DNA of 64,000 nt from Nitrospirales bacterium (GCA_963555755.3 OY820905.2:2688001-2752000), one strand, 5' to 3'; positions 40,049 through 50,283 are shown, counted from the stretch's first letter. Notes: generated by a model from the sequence alone, not told the origin. Numbers and translations: made by a program.

Positions 40049-40446
40049 TAGGCCTCCTTAGTTTGAAAACCATCCTAAAGGGATAGGACTTTGAACGCGA
40101 GTTGGAGAAACATAACATCCAAGATAAGAGTCAAATGCCCTGGTTTATTTCATTTACACCTCAATCCAGTCGTCGCCTCATTGCCCCCCACCTCCCCACC
40201 CTCATGACTCCTCTTTCCCTTTCCTTTTTTAAAAATATCCTTGACCGGAGAAAAGAGTCAAGCCAAAAGTTGGTATTGTCAACTTAACGTGCTGCAAATG
40301 AAATGGGACGCATTCGCCGAACGGTGACACCATCTCATGCACACACCACATCTTTCCAAACCTGAAATGCCTGAGTACGCAACAGACGGTAATTGACCGC
40401 CTGCATGAGGTGGCGGCCGAGACGAAAGAGATTCTGCGTGAGTCCG

Positions 40447-40494
40447 GAAAAGGGGTCAATCATATTTACTGAAAAGGGGTCAATCATATTTACT
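40447..40494 (+). repeat. Perfect 24-bp tandem duplication
   Basis: GAAAAGGGGTCAATCATATTTACT x2. Confidence 0.9.
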
Positions 40495-41160
40495 AATTAA
40501 TAGGGAACAGGAAATTCAAACGCTATTTTAGGTCAATCGGAAACGTACCGAAGGGGCCGCACGGTGTCAATTACAAAATGAGAGGTTTCGGCGGTGGGGC
40601 TTTGTTGCTGGCGAGGTCTATCTACTTGTCAATAATTTGGAGGCAGACAAACGAAAGGCCCACACGGTTACCAGCCGGTAAGCCTTTCCAAAAGGAGAAT
40701 GCACCATTAGGTTTACTATCTCATGGAACGCGGAATCGGGCTAAACGTCGTTTGGAATATGGCCGATGAACAATCACCTTCCCTATAGTCTTTACTGTGG
40801 GCCTATCAAAACATTTCCAAAATCGAACCAGAAATTTTACGAGGACTCCGTACGCCCTGGACTGATTGCTGATTTTAACCCCCACCCCCCTATCCTTGCA
40901 TGCCCTATAGGATTAACTTGTTTATTGACTATGGCACCCCTTCCCTTCACATTCCTCGCCCTATCTCCTCCTTTCCTGAGCATGTAAATAAGCTGACTGC
41001 CATCCTAGAAATGGTACACATCGAACTATGAATCTCACAGGAACAGCCAGAGGTAGTGCGGTATATAAAAGCGGAAAAAGGAAAGGCGGACGGCCATTTT
41101 ACGGCCCACGGAGATTGATACAAACGAATCCCTTAAATATATCAATCACATAAAGAAACT

Positions 41161-41244
41161 TGGTGCCGAAGCCGGGACTTGAACCCGGACGGGTTTCCCC
41201 ACACGCCCCTCAAACGTGCGCGTCTGCCATTCCGCCACTTCGGC
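41161..41244 (-). tRNA. tRNA-Leu(GAG)
   Basis: GCCGAAG/CTTCGGC acceptor stem, anticodon loop TTGAGGG, long variable arm, TTCAAGT T-loop, encoded CCA. Confidence 0.95.
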
Positions 41245-41348
41245 ACGGTGGGGGATTATATGTAGGGGTGAAAACGGTTGTCAATCAACCAAACCTCCGG
41301 TACAATTCACTTGATGGATTGTTTCTCACTTTAGAGCTTCAAATTTTG

Positions 41349-42044
41349 ATGTCCGATTCCAATCAGCATTTTCGTTCCCATTCCTCAGTTGACAGTTCTA
41401 TCGGTGCTTTTTTCGACGTTGATAATACGTTGATTCCCGGTCAATCCATTGAAATCCGCTTTGTGCGATATTTGTGGAAAAATGGATTTTTATCCAAACG
41501 GGTGATCGTCGACAGCGCACTCTATTTGTTGTTCAATATTCTTGAGTTTTCCCTGTCCCCTCTTCGCGAACGAAAAATTTATCTTTTGGACAAACGGCCA
41601 GAAGGCATAGAACCTCTGGCGAAGTGGTTTGTACGATCAGAGATCTGTCCACGCCTGTCGTTAAAAGGCACGGCTGCTTTAGCTCAACATCTCCAAGCGG
41701 GGCATCATGTGGCCCTAGTCAGTGGTACGCCGGAATTTCTTGTGAAACCACTCGCACATTTTTTGGACGTGCCCACTGTCCTTGCCGCAAAATTAGAAAC
41801 CAATGAGGATGGCTACACGGGTCGAGTGCTTGCGCCCTATCCATATGGGGAAGGGAAGCGCCGTTTACTCCAAACCTTCGCGGAAACGCATGGGGTGAAT
41901 CTCAATCAAAGCTACGCGTATGGTGATAGTCCCGGCGATATTCAAGCGTTAGAATCCGTGGGACATCCACTCGTGATCAATCCCATTCGCGGAATGGCAC
42001 GGATTGCGAGGCAACACAGGTGGCCTATTGCCCTGTGGAGCTAA
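41349..42044 (+). CDS. HAD-IB family hydrolase
   Basis: AFFDVDNTLI; VSGT; AYGDSPGD. Confidence 0.9.
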   Translation: MSDSNQHFRSHSSVDSSIGAFFDVDNTLIPGQSIEIRFVRYLWKNGFLSKRVIVDSALYLLFNILEFSLSPLRERKIYLLDKRPEGIEPLAKWFVRSEICPRLSLKGTAALAQHLQAGHHVALVSGTPEFLVKPLAHFLDVPTVLAAKLETNEDGYTGRVLAPYPYGEGKRRLLQTFAETHGVNLNQSYAYGDSPGDIQALESVGHPLVINPIRGMARIARQHRWPIALWS

Positions 42045-42153
42045 TTCGTGAAGCGTAAGGCGTGAACACTCCTTATTTCTTTTCTTGCCCCCTCACCAAT
42101 CAACTCACACGCCTTCATCCTCACTCCTCACGGAACACATTCTCGGCAAGAGT

Positions 42154-42855
42154 ATGAATTCTTCGTCCAGTTTACCAGACAATCCATTGACCGAACTGTC
42201 GAATACCCCGCAGTCTTCTCTCCGAATCACGGAAATTTTTCATAGTATTCAAGGCGAGTCCACATATGCCGGGGAACCCTGCGTCTTTGTTCGGTTAACG
42301 GGGTGCCCGCTTCGATGCTCCTGGTGTGATACGGCCTATGCATTTCACGGTGGCACGGATATGAATCTGGAAGCCGTGCTGGACCAGGTCAAAACCTACG
42401 GCTGTCCTTTGGTTGAAATCACCGGAGGAGAACCACTTTCTCAATCAACGGCTTTCGAGTTGATCGCCCGTTTGTGTGATGAACGATTCGAGGTGTTAAT
42501 AGAAACCAGCGGCGCCATCGATATCTCGCCTGTTGATTCGCGAGCCAAGATTATCATGGATATCAAATGTCCCGGCAGTGAAATGGACGACCGTATGCGT
42601 TGGGACAATCTTCAGCACATCGCCCCAAAAGACCAGATTAAATTTGTCATAAGCGACCGTCGAGATTACGATTGGGCTGTAGGGGTGGTGAAGCAGTATC
42701 AACTCACGAATCGGTGTCCTGTATTGTTTAGCCCAGTGTTTGCAGGACAAGAGTTACGACCGCTGGCCGAATGGATTCTTCAAGACCGGTTGCCGGTTCG
42801 CTTTCAAGTCCAGTTGCATAAGTTTATTTGGGCCCCCGATACGCGAGGGGTATAA
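42154..42855 (+). CDS. queE: 7-carboxy-7-deazaguanine synthase
   Basis: EIFHSIQGE; CPLRCSWCDT; ITGGEP; QLHK. Confidence 0.92.
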   Translation: MNSSSSLPDNPLTELSNTPQSSLRITEIFHSIQGESTYAGEPCVFVRLTGCPLRCSWCDTAYAFHGGTDMNLEAVLDQVKTYGCPLVEITGGEPLSQSTAFELIARLCDERFEVLIETSGAIDISPVDSRAKIIMDIKCPGSEMDDRMRWDNLQHIAPKDQIKFVISDRRDYDWAVGVVKQYQLTNRCPVLFSPVFAGQELRPLAEWILQDRLPVRFQVQLHKFIWAPDTRGV

Positions 42856-42950
42856 TTGTTAGCCATATGCCGCTAATCCTAAATTAAAGAGGGGCATTTC
42901 ACACCAATAGCCAATAAACGTTTCATATGAGCCACACACCATCAAAGGGA

Positions 42951-43096
42951 GGGAATGTTCAAAAAAGCATGCCCTGAGTCTTTCGGAAGGGTCTATCCAG
43001 CAAGGCCGCAGCCGTTTTGACGCGCGGAGCGTACTCTTCGTACGTGAGCACGGCAAAAGGGCGAGAACGCCGCTGGCGGCTTTTTTCAACATTCCC
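42951..43096. repeat. Family E palindromic repeat
   Basis: Ends GGGAATGTTCAAAAA / TTTTTCAACATTCCC; other copies at 45871-45993, 46194-46316, 50284-50451 and 57604-57724. Confidence 0.85.
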
Positions 43097-43114
43097 GGAG
43101 GAATAGGAGAATTT

Positions 43115-44623
43115 ATGAATTGTCAGGTCAAGCAAGGAGATATCAACACAGAAGCCACGGAGGTGTTGGTCTTAGGTGGTTATGAAGATGAGAACACGTT
43201 GCCCAAAACATATCAAGGACTGGATAAAGCGTTGGGTGGACAACTCCAAGAGCTGAGAAAAAACGGAGAGTTTTCAGGCAAGAATCAACAATCGGTGTTG
43301 ATTCATACGCGTGGAGCCGTTCCTGCCAAGCGAATTCTATTGATGGGTTTAGGCAAGAAAAAGGATGTGACCTTAGACCGCGTGCGCCAAGCCATGGGTA
43401 CGGCATCCAAAAAGGTTCGGCAAACCGGGGCACAAAAGTTTTCCGCCCCAATATTAGGAGCCGATGCCCTAAGTGCCTCTGCATCTGACGTCGTCCAAGC
43501 AATGGTCGAGGGGGCTATTCTGGGAGGATACCGCTTCAATCACTATCGATCGGACAATGGGGATGCGTCAAAAGAAGTTCAGTCGATCACACTCATAGCA
43601 AATACTGCGAGCCAAATGAGTGGAATGAAAACCGGCGCGAAGCGCGGAGAAGCCAGTGCCAACGCCACATCATTGGCGCGCGATCTCTGTAACCACCCAG
43701 CCAATGTCATGACCCCAACGCGCGTGGTGAAAGAAGCGAAAAAAATCACTAAAGAATCCAAGGTGAAATTAACGGTGTTGGAACGCAAGCATCAGGAAAA
43801 ATTAGGCATGGGTGGCATGCTGGGCGTATCGCGCGGAAGCCAGGAACCTCCTAAATTTCTTATTCTGGAATATTCCGGTGGCAAGAAAAAAGAACAACCC
43901 ATTGTGTTGGTCGGAAAAACCGTCACCTTCGATTCGGGCGGTATTTCCATTAAGCCCGCCGAGAATATGGAACAGATGAAAGCGGATATGACCGGTGGAG
44001 CAGAGGTACTGGGCGCGGTGCGAGCGGCTGCTCGTCTTAAATTGCCAATCAATCTGATAGGCATCCTTCCTGCTGTGGAAAATATGCCCGGCGGTCGAGC
44101 GACCAAACCAGGGGATATCCTGAATATGCTCAACGGCAAAACCGTTGAAGTGCAAAATACTGATGCTGAGGGCCGACTGATCTTAGCCGACGGCCTGTCC
44201 TATGCCACTCGGCTCAAACCGAAATGTGTGGTTGATATTGCCACGCTGACTGGCGCGTGCATTGTGGCACTGGGCCAATTCGCAATTGGCATGTTGGGCA
44301 ATGATGATAAGTTAAAAGCCGAGTTGAAAAAAGCGGGCGAGCAAGCGGGCGAACGCGTGTGGGAAATGCCGCTCTGGGACGAATATTTCGAACAACTCAA
44401 AAGTGACGTGGCGGACATGCGCAATATCGGTGGCCGTGGGGGTGGCATGATCACCGCTGGGATGTTCTTGAGTAAGTTTGTCGGAGATTACCCTTGGGTA
44501 CATCTCGATATTGCGAGCACGGACTGGAGTGCCTCTGAACGCCCGTACGTCAGTAAAGGGCCAACCGCCATTGGCACGCGATTGTTGGTTCAATTTTTAA
44601 TCAATCGTGCAGGGAATTCATGA
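43115..44623 (+). CDS. pepA: Leucyl aminopeptidase (M17)
   Basis: VGKTVTFDSGG; MKADM; NTDAEGRL; DIATLTGA. Confidence 0.96.
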   Translation: MNCQVKQGDINTEATEVLVLGGYEDENTLPKTYQGLDKALGGQLQELRKNGEFSGKNQQSVLIHTRGAVPAKRILLMGLGKKKDVTLDRVRQAMGTASKKVRQTGAQKFSAPILGADALSASASDVVQAMVEGAILGGYRFNHYRSDNGDASKEVQSITLIANTASQMSGMKTGAKRGEASANATSLARDLCNHPANVMTPTRVVKEAKKITKESKVKLTVLERKHQEKLGMGGMLGVSRGSQEPPKFLILEYSGGKKKEQPIVLVGKTVTFDSGGISIKPAENMEQMKADMTGGAEVLGAVRAAARLKLPINLIGILPAVENMPGGRATKPGDILNMLNGKTVEVQNTDAEGRLILADGLSYATRLKPKCVVDIATLTGACIVALGQFAIGMLGNDDKLKAELKKAGEQAGERVWEMPLWDEYFEQLKSDVADMRNIGGRGGGMITAGMFLSKFVGDYPWVHLDIASTDWSASERPYVSKGPTAIGTRLLVQFLINRAGNS

Positions 44624-44636
44624 AAGGTCTCTCTCA

Positions 44637-45722
44637 ATGACGGCCCGTGGCACCATCGGACAGCTCTTGATGGTGGGGTTCCAAGGGACAGAACTCTCTT
44701 CGGAATTTATCGACTGGCTTCAAGAATATCGCCCAAGTGGGGTTATTCTGTTTTCACGCAACCTGGTCGATCCCGAACAAGTTGCCCGGCTCACGAATTC
44801 CCTTCAAGAACATGCGCCAAACCCTCCCCTCTTGATCGCGATCGATCAAGAAGGGGGGCGCGTCTCGCGATTACCTCAAGGGTTTACTATCTTCCCTTCA
44901 GCGGTTTCAGTGGCTGCATGTCAATCACCGGATGTGGCCTATGGAGTTGCGGAGATTACAGCCAAAGAACTGCGGGCCGTCGGGATCAACATGAACATGG
45001 CCCCGGTGTTGGATGTGAACAGCAATCCCGCCAATCCCATCATTGGGATTCGGGCGTATGGTAATTGTCCCGAACAAGTCTGCACTTTTGCCATGGCCAC
45101 GATGGAGGGGCTCCGGGACAACGGAGTTATTCCTTGCGGCAAACATTTTCCCGGACATGGCGACACCACGACGGATTCACACAAAGTCCTGCCCGTGGTG
45201 AACGCCGACCGAGCCCGGCTGGATGCCATTGAATTGGCACCCTTTCGCCATGCGATTGGCCACGGGCTCCCGACTATTATGACCGCGCATGTTCACTACC
45301 CTGCTCTTGATGCCGATGCTCCCGCGACCTTGTCTCGCCCTATCTTAACCGACCTCTTGCGGAATGAATTGGGTTTCCAAGGAGTCACACTCACCGATGA
45401 TATGGAAATGCGAGCGATTCTCGATCATGGGTCTATTGGAGAAGCCTCCGCCCGCTCCCTTCAGGCAGGAGCCGACATGGTGCTCATTTGTCATCAACAG
45501 GATCGGCAAACCGAGGCCGTGCTAGCCATCGAGCAAGCGCTGGATCGAGGTGAGCTTTCCATGGACGATCTTACGGCCAGCGCTGATCGTATACACGCTC
45601 TGAAAAAAACCCATCTTTCCTCATTTCAACCCGTCGATCCTTCGCAGGTCTCCCAAACAGTCGGCATTCCCCCCCACAAATCCTTTCTGGGAAAAATTCA
45701 CCGAGTCGCCGCCCGAGTGTAA
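44637..45722 (+). CDS. nagZ: Beta-N-acetylhexosaminidase (GH3)
   Basis: DQEGGRV; KHFPGHGDTTTDSH; TDDMEM. Confidence 0.94.
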   Translation: MTARGTIGQLLMVGFQGTELSSEFIDWLQEYRPSGVILFSRNLVDPEQVARLTNSLQEHAPNPPLLIAIDQEGGRVSRLPQGFTIFPSAVSVAACQSPDVAYGVAEITAKELRAVGINMNMAPVLDVNSNPANPIIGIRAYGNCPEQVCTFAMATMEGLRDNGVIPCGKHFPGHGDTTTDSHKVLPVVNADRARLDAIELAPFRHAIGHGLPTIMTAHVHYPALDADAPATLSRPILTDLLRNELGFQGVTLTDDMEMRAILDHGSIGEASARSLQAGADMVLICHQQDRQTEAVLAIEQALDRGELSMDDLTASADRIHALKKTHLSSFQPVDPSQVSQTVGIPPHKSFLGKIHRVAARV

Positions 45723-45769
45723 TCTCTTTTCTTTCCAAAGCTGGACTTTCCCCCTTTCAATTTGGTTAG

Positions 45770-46066
45770 CTAGGAGCCTGTCCGAGATTAGCGATCGTAG
45801 CGAGGAGGTGCTGGTTTGAGTCAGATGTTTCGATCGTTTGAGGCGAATAGTGGGACTATTCAACGAAAACGGGGAATGTTCAAAAAGGCCATCCAGCAAG
45901 GCCGCAGGGGTTTTGGCGGGCGGAGCGTACACGGAGTACGTGAGCACGCCAAAAGCCCGAGAACGCAGCTGGGGGCCTTTTTCAACATTCCCCGAAAAGG
46001 ATCGGAAGATCTGGCCACCTCCAGCACATCCGCAGTAGATTCGGCTAATCTGGGACAGGCTCCTAG
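45770..46066. mobile_element. MITE F with nested family E repeat (45871-45993)
   Basis: TIR GAGCCTGTCC.AGATTAGC with CTAG on both flanks. Confidence 0.85.
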
Positions 46067-46193
46067 GCCAACGGCATCGAGTCATCATTTTTCTTGGCAC
46101 GTGACTTTTTTTCTTTCTAAGGATTGTTGCAAAATTGAAACAATCTCGATTGGCCCTTGGTCTTGACACACCATCAATCACAACAAAAGGAAC

Positions 46194-46316
46194 AGGGACT
46201 GTTCAAAAAGGCCGTCCAGCAAGGCCGCAAGCAGCGAGAAGGGCGAGGCGTACGCTGCGTACGTTGAGGCCTTCGCGCAATGAGAACGCAGCTGGCGGCT
46301 TTTTTCAACAGTCCCT
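46194..46316. repeat. Family E repeat
   Basis: AGGGACTGTTCAAAAA..TTTTTCAACAGTCCCT; directly before an RBS. Confidence 0.85.
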
Positions 46317-46328
46317 TCGGAGGATTTC

Positions 46329-46724
46329 ATGGGGTTAAAAAAGGGAGACATCATTGATGAACACAAAAACCACCCAGATAGTTGTGGCTTGATGATCAAA
46401 GTCATGGCCGGAGGAGAAGGGTTTGAAAAAATCGTGTGCTGTGGGCATGAATTAACGGAAGAAGATGTCATGCCGACCTTTACCCGCGGTCGAGGACGCA
46501 AGCGAGGGACGTTACCACCTGCCGTCCTCTTGGATGAAAAAAAACTTTACCAGGATTCCTGTGGCCTTCGAGTCATGATCATGGATGGCGGAGCAGGATT
46601 TCAGGAAATCATCTGCTGTGGGCATTCACTCAAACTCAACGCCATGAAAGAACTTAAATATGGCGAAGATCAACGCGGAGGAGAGGAACAGATAGAAGAG
46701 ACAGGGCATTCAGGGACTGCGTAA
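46329..46724 (+). CDS. Small protein with two desulforedoxin-like Cys modules
   Basis: RBS GGAGG; repeat DSCGL-x6-GG-x-GF-x2-I-x-CCGH present twice. Confidence 0.75.
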   Translation: MGLKKGDIIDEHKNHPDSCGLMIKVMAGGEGFEKIVCCGHELTEEDVMPTFTRGRGRKRGTLPPAVLLDEKKLYQDSCGLRVMIMDGGAGFQEIICCGHSLKLNAMKELKYGEDQRGGEEQIEETGHSGTA

Positions 46725-46918
46725 CGGCCGTGAAACGTAATGCGTAAAAAACCTAAGGTGAAATGGGGAAGGCCCCGCGATTCCTCAACTAGCACAGTAC
46801 ACGAACCCCCTCATAATACCATCTTCTCCTCTCGCATCACGGATAACGCATCACGCATGACGAAACAGGTCTTGCATCTCCGAAACCGGGCATGGCACTA
46901 TATTTTCCCGAACCTACC

Positions 46919-47524
46919 ATGAGTACACTTCCTGAATTCGTCGGTACGATTCATATTTTTTTCGGTCCCTACCGTGGCAACCCGATTGCGCTCTATTTGC
47001 GAAAGAAAGGCGAATCCTGGCACATCTCGCCAACTATCTATCCCTGGAATCGATTTGTGGGAATTGGGGAAAGCGTCAATAAAGCTGCGGCAAATTTCGA
47101 TGTCAATTGGAAAGAAGGCAATCTCGCACCGGAAATGTACTCCGGTCCCCACTGGGAAGGTGGAATAAAACCAGAAAAACCCAAACCGCCACCCAAGCCA
47201 GCAGCTCCCCCACAACCAGCCACGACTGAACCCGCGAAGGCAGAAACACCGGTTGCCGACCTTCCAAAACCCGAGGCGGCTCAAGCCGGAACCGCGAAAC
47301 CAGAAGCCACAAAGCCTTCGACACCAACAAATGCTCCCTCACCAACCAGTGAATCCTCGCAATCCCAAACAGCCAATATCACTCCGGCCCCGCCTGCACC
47401 AGCACTACCCGCAGATACGAATTCTGCATCAGCGGCTCCAGCTCCTCCAGAACCAAAAAGTTCACCACTACCCACCCCAACCAAATCTACTTCAACGGTC
47501 GATCCTCCTAAAAACTCGTCATAA
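46919..47524 (+). CDS. Hypothetical protein with Pro/Ala/Thr-rich tail
   Basis: Globular N-terminal part of about 80 aa, then low complexity. Confidence 0.7.
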   Translation: MSTLPEFVGTIHIFFGPYRGNPIALYLRKKGESWHISPTIYPWNRFVGIGESVNKAAANFDVNWKEGNLAPEMYSGPHWEGGIKPEKPKPPPKPAAPPQPATTEPAKAETPVADLPKPEAAQAGTAKPEATKPSTPTNAPSPTSESSQSQTANITPAPPAPALPADTNSASAAPAPPEPKSSPLPTPTKSTSTVDPPKNSS

Positions 47525-47659
47525 ACATAAATCCATTTCTCAACTCTTGGAGACCAACCCCTGTTGTTGATCGACAATGTCAGGCCGGATACCCAAAAGG
47601 GAGGCCCCAACGCAGAGATTTCCCAGGATAAAACTAAAAACGCCAGTCACATGGCCATT

Positions 47660-47810
47660 GGCCCGTTCATGCCCCTCGGCAGTACTCAGGACGGGCTTCG
47701 ACCCTTCGGCAAGCTATGGGTCAGCACGAACGGGATGTCGGGGCGGTCACCCGTTGGGTCAAATGCCATTCGCCCTGAGCGCCGCGGCTTCCGCAGGAGT
47801 CGAAGAGATC
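47660..47810. repeat. Degenerate REP-like inverted pair
   Basis: CCCTTCGGCAAGCT..CACGAACGG versus CCATTCGCCCTGAGC..GTCGAAG. Confidence 0.5.
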
Positions 47811-47901
47811 CGAGAGTTCCAATGGCCGTTTTTAGGATTATTCGTCCTAGCGATGCAAATCCTCCGCCCTATTTTCAACATACACCTTGTTTTTAACTTT
47901 A

Positions 47902-48043
47902 GGGCACCTCTAAAAATCCCGGCATTTTTTGTGAGGGCAAAGAAGCCGCGCGCGGAAAACCGGAGTGTATGGGCGAATACATGAGGATGTGAGCACGTGG
48001 CTGACGCCGCCATCACGGAAAAGGACGGTTTTTAGAGGTGCCC
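47902..48043. mobile_element. MITE family G
   Basis: TIR GGGCACCTCTAAAAA / TTTTTAGAGGTGCCC. Confidence 0.8.
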
Positions 48044-48168
48044 TTTACAACATTTTTCCCGTTTTTGAAGTGGATTTGAGAGTAACGACACAGAGGCGTG
48101 AATATTTCCCGGCTCAATTTTTTCTCAAACACCCCTACCCAATAATGGAAAAGTAGGGGCGAGGAGGG

Positions 48169-48927
48169 CTATTGGCATGACTTGCGTTTGGAAAAGGCTC
48201 GGGCTGCTCTGATAAGCGCTTGAAATAGCTTTTTTTGGATGGGATGGCGTTCGTACAAAAACTCGGGATGCCATTGCACGCCGAGGAGAAACTGTTTGTT
48301 CGGGGCTTCAATGGCTTCGATGATCCCATCAGGGGAAACAGCAGTGGTGAAGAGGCACGAGGGAACGTCTTTGACAGATTGATGGTGCGAGCTATTGACC
48401 TGAATGGTCGCTTTGCCGGCAATGCGCCGAAGCAGTGATCGCGGTTCGATCTGAATAGCATGGGCTATCTTCGTGGCTGAGTAGGTTGGTTGGTGCGAGA
48501 TCGAGGTGTTGAGTTGAGAGTTGATGTCTTGAAACAGGGTTCCCCCCAGCGCAACGTTGATGGATTGCATGCCACCACAGATGCCGAGCATGGGCACATC
48601 GGCTTGGTACGCGATTTTGGAGATGCCTAATTCCAGGATCGCGCGCGCGCTACTCATGCGCGTAAATTTGTATCGTTGCTTCTCTCCGTATGTTTCCGGG
48701 GCAAGGTCTGACCCACTACCGGTGATCAGCAACCCATCAACGTGGGAGACAATTCTCCGCCATGCCCGACGATCAGGCAGGAGTGGAAGAATGAACGGAA
48801 TGCCGCCCGCATCCTCAATGGCTTTGGTATAGCGAACCCGAAGGAAATAGGTGGGCTCTTTTCCACCCATATCCTTGCGATCGCCTGCATTAAAATCTGG
48901 CGTGACGCCGATGATAGGTTTCATCAA
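48169..48927 (-). CDS. Gamma-glutamyl-GABA hydrolase-like glutamine amidotransferase (peptidase C26)
   Basis: LGICGGMQ; VNSSHHQ; GVQWHPE. Confidence 0.9.
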   Translation of the reverse strand: MMKPIIGVTPDFNAGDRKDMGGKEPTYFLRVRYTKAIEDAGGIPFILPLLPDRRAWRRIVSHVDGLLITGSGSDLAPETYGEKQRYKFTRMSSARAILELGISKIAYQADVPMLGICGGMQSINVALGGTLFQDINSQLNTSISHQPTYSATKIAHAIQIEPRSLLRRIAGKATIQVNSSHHQSVKDVPSCLFTTAVSPDGIIEAIEAPNKQFLLGVQWHPEFLYERHPIQKKLFQALIRAARAFSKRKSCQ

Positions 48928-48951
48928 GAATCGCTATCTCACTCCAGTGCG

Positions 48952-49524
48952 TTACTCCGCGTAGGCATCTTCTTCGTAGGGACTCACACCAAAAAATCGA
49001 AGGGGTGTTTTCCCTTTGAGATGATCTGGGGTGATGACGTAATCACCGTAAAAACTGGGCGCCCATACGGCCTGGGCTGTTTCAGTATTTCCTCCGGTCA
49101 ACACCCAGGTGGCGCCTCCGACAATTCCCCCCAATCCCGCATAAATAATCTTCGCGGGGCCATAGGGAAGGGTCAGCAGTGCACTGGCGACACCAAGCCC
49201 GGCTTCTTCAACCGGATCCGAGTCTTCCTGTGCCGCAGCCAGGGTGGCGCCTCCGCCAACCAACAGCACACACATGGCCAACACAAGAAAACACTTGGAC
49301 CAGTTGAACCTAGAAACGGCAGTTGGGCGCCAACCAGCCGTGTAAGATATTGGGGTGCCTGGTGCAATACAAAAAGTCGAGGTCACCTCGGTGGTGATGA
49401 GACATTTTTGTATTGTGCCAGGTGTGCCAAGGGCTAGCGCGGACTTTTGTGATCCACCTGCCGTTTCTAGGTTCATGAATAATTCATGAGATGAGCGCCC
49501 GTTCATAAACTTTTGGGTTTTCAT
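48952..49524 (-). CDS. Hypothetical exported/membrane protein with an in-frame MITE insertion
   Basis: RBS AAGGAGG before ATG 49524; frame stays open through MITE D. Confidence 0.75.
   Translation of the reverse strand: MKTQKFMNGRSSHELFMNLETAGGSQKSALALGTPGTIQKCLITTEVTSTFCIAPGTPISYTAGWRPTAVSRFNWSKCFLVLAMCVLLVGGGATLAAAQEDSDPVEEAGLGVASALLTLPYGPAKIIYAGLGGIVGGATWVLTGGNTETAQAVWAPSFYGDYVITPDHLKGKTPLRFFGVSPYEEDAYAE
49308..49472. mobile_element. MITE family D, empty 165-bp form
   Basis: TIR ACCTAGAAACGGCAG; collinear with 19241-19831 once its inserts are removed. Confidence 0.9.
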
Positions 49525-49656
49525 TGGTTGTCCCTCCTTAAATGGATCTGCTGGATGGATACAAGACGAATTCTTCCGTGAATTCAAAACTGGTGAGAAG
49601 GGAAATTCCTTGTATTTAACCGATCTCCCCCAAACTTGCAAATGAGTGCTGTTCGG

Positions 49657-50109
49657 TTATGCAGGAAGCTCAATGCCCAATTCTTGTAAAATTTCTTCCT
49701 TCACTACAACTTCTTCCTTTCCTAAGACTTCATCAAGTTCAGCCACCAGAAAGTCTTTGGGCACTCGACTATTTTCTTGTTGGATACCGACTCCTATGGC
49801 CAATTGGAGTTTGACCAAGCATACCTGCTGGACAAATATGTCGTGTCCACGGTCCAGGTAATCCTCCCGTTCCGATTCGGGAAGATGAACCAGGAAGGTG
49901 GGTAACCACTGATCAAAGCCGAAACGTTTGCGAATGTGTGCCATCTGGGCCTGAGACATTTCCACAGCCACCTGAACCCCACCCTTCCAGCTTCGCTTTT
50001 TGACATTAAACACACAGTACACCACATCGGAGGCAGACTCATCCGGTTCGGGTCCATAAAACAAGGTCATGCGGTAAGGGGGAATTTTGGGCGAGGCCAT
50101 ATCCGACAT
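49657..50109 (-). CDS. Hypothetical protein
   Basis: Protein-like composition; no motif recognised. Confidence 0.65.
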   Translation of the reverse strand: MSDMASPKIPPYRMTLFYGPEPDESASDVVYCVFNVKKRSWKGGVQVAVEMSQAQMAHIRKRFGFDQWLPTFLVHLPESEREDYLDRGHDIFVQQVCLVKLQLAIGVGIQQENSRVPKDFLVAELDEVLGKEEVVVKEEILQELGIELPA

Positions 50110-50283
50110 GGCTGAATTGTACCATGGAAGGTGAACAAAACAAGGCTGATACGAATCCTTATCCTGTCAAAACCTGTACCTGCTTTGAGGACCATCTTGT
50201 TTTCCTAAAGGGACTTTTGAAAAAATTGAAATTTTTCAAAATGAAATTGGTCTTTAACATCTTTAGTGACCAAAAAGAGCGAG

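Noticed and set aside
41160..41348. Long N-terminal extension of the HAD hydrolase
   Set aside because: It is the antisense of tRNA-Leu; ATG 41349 is the more plausible start
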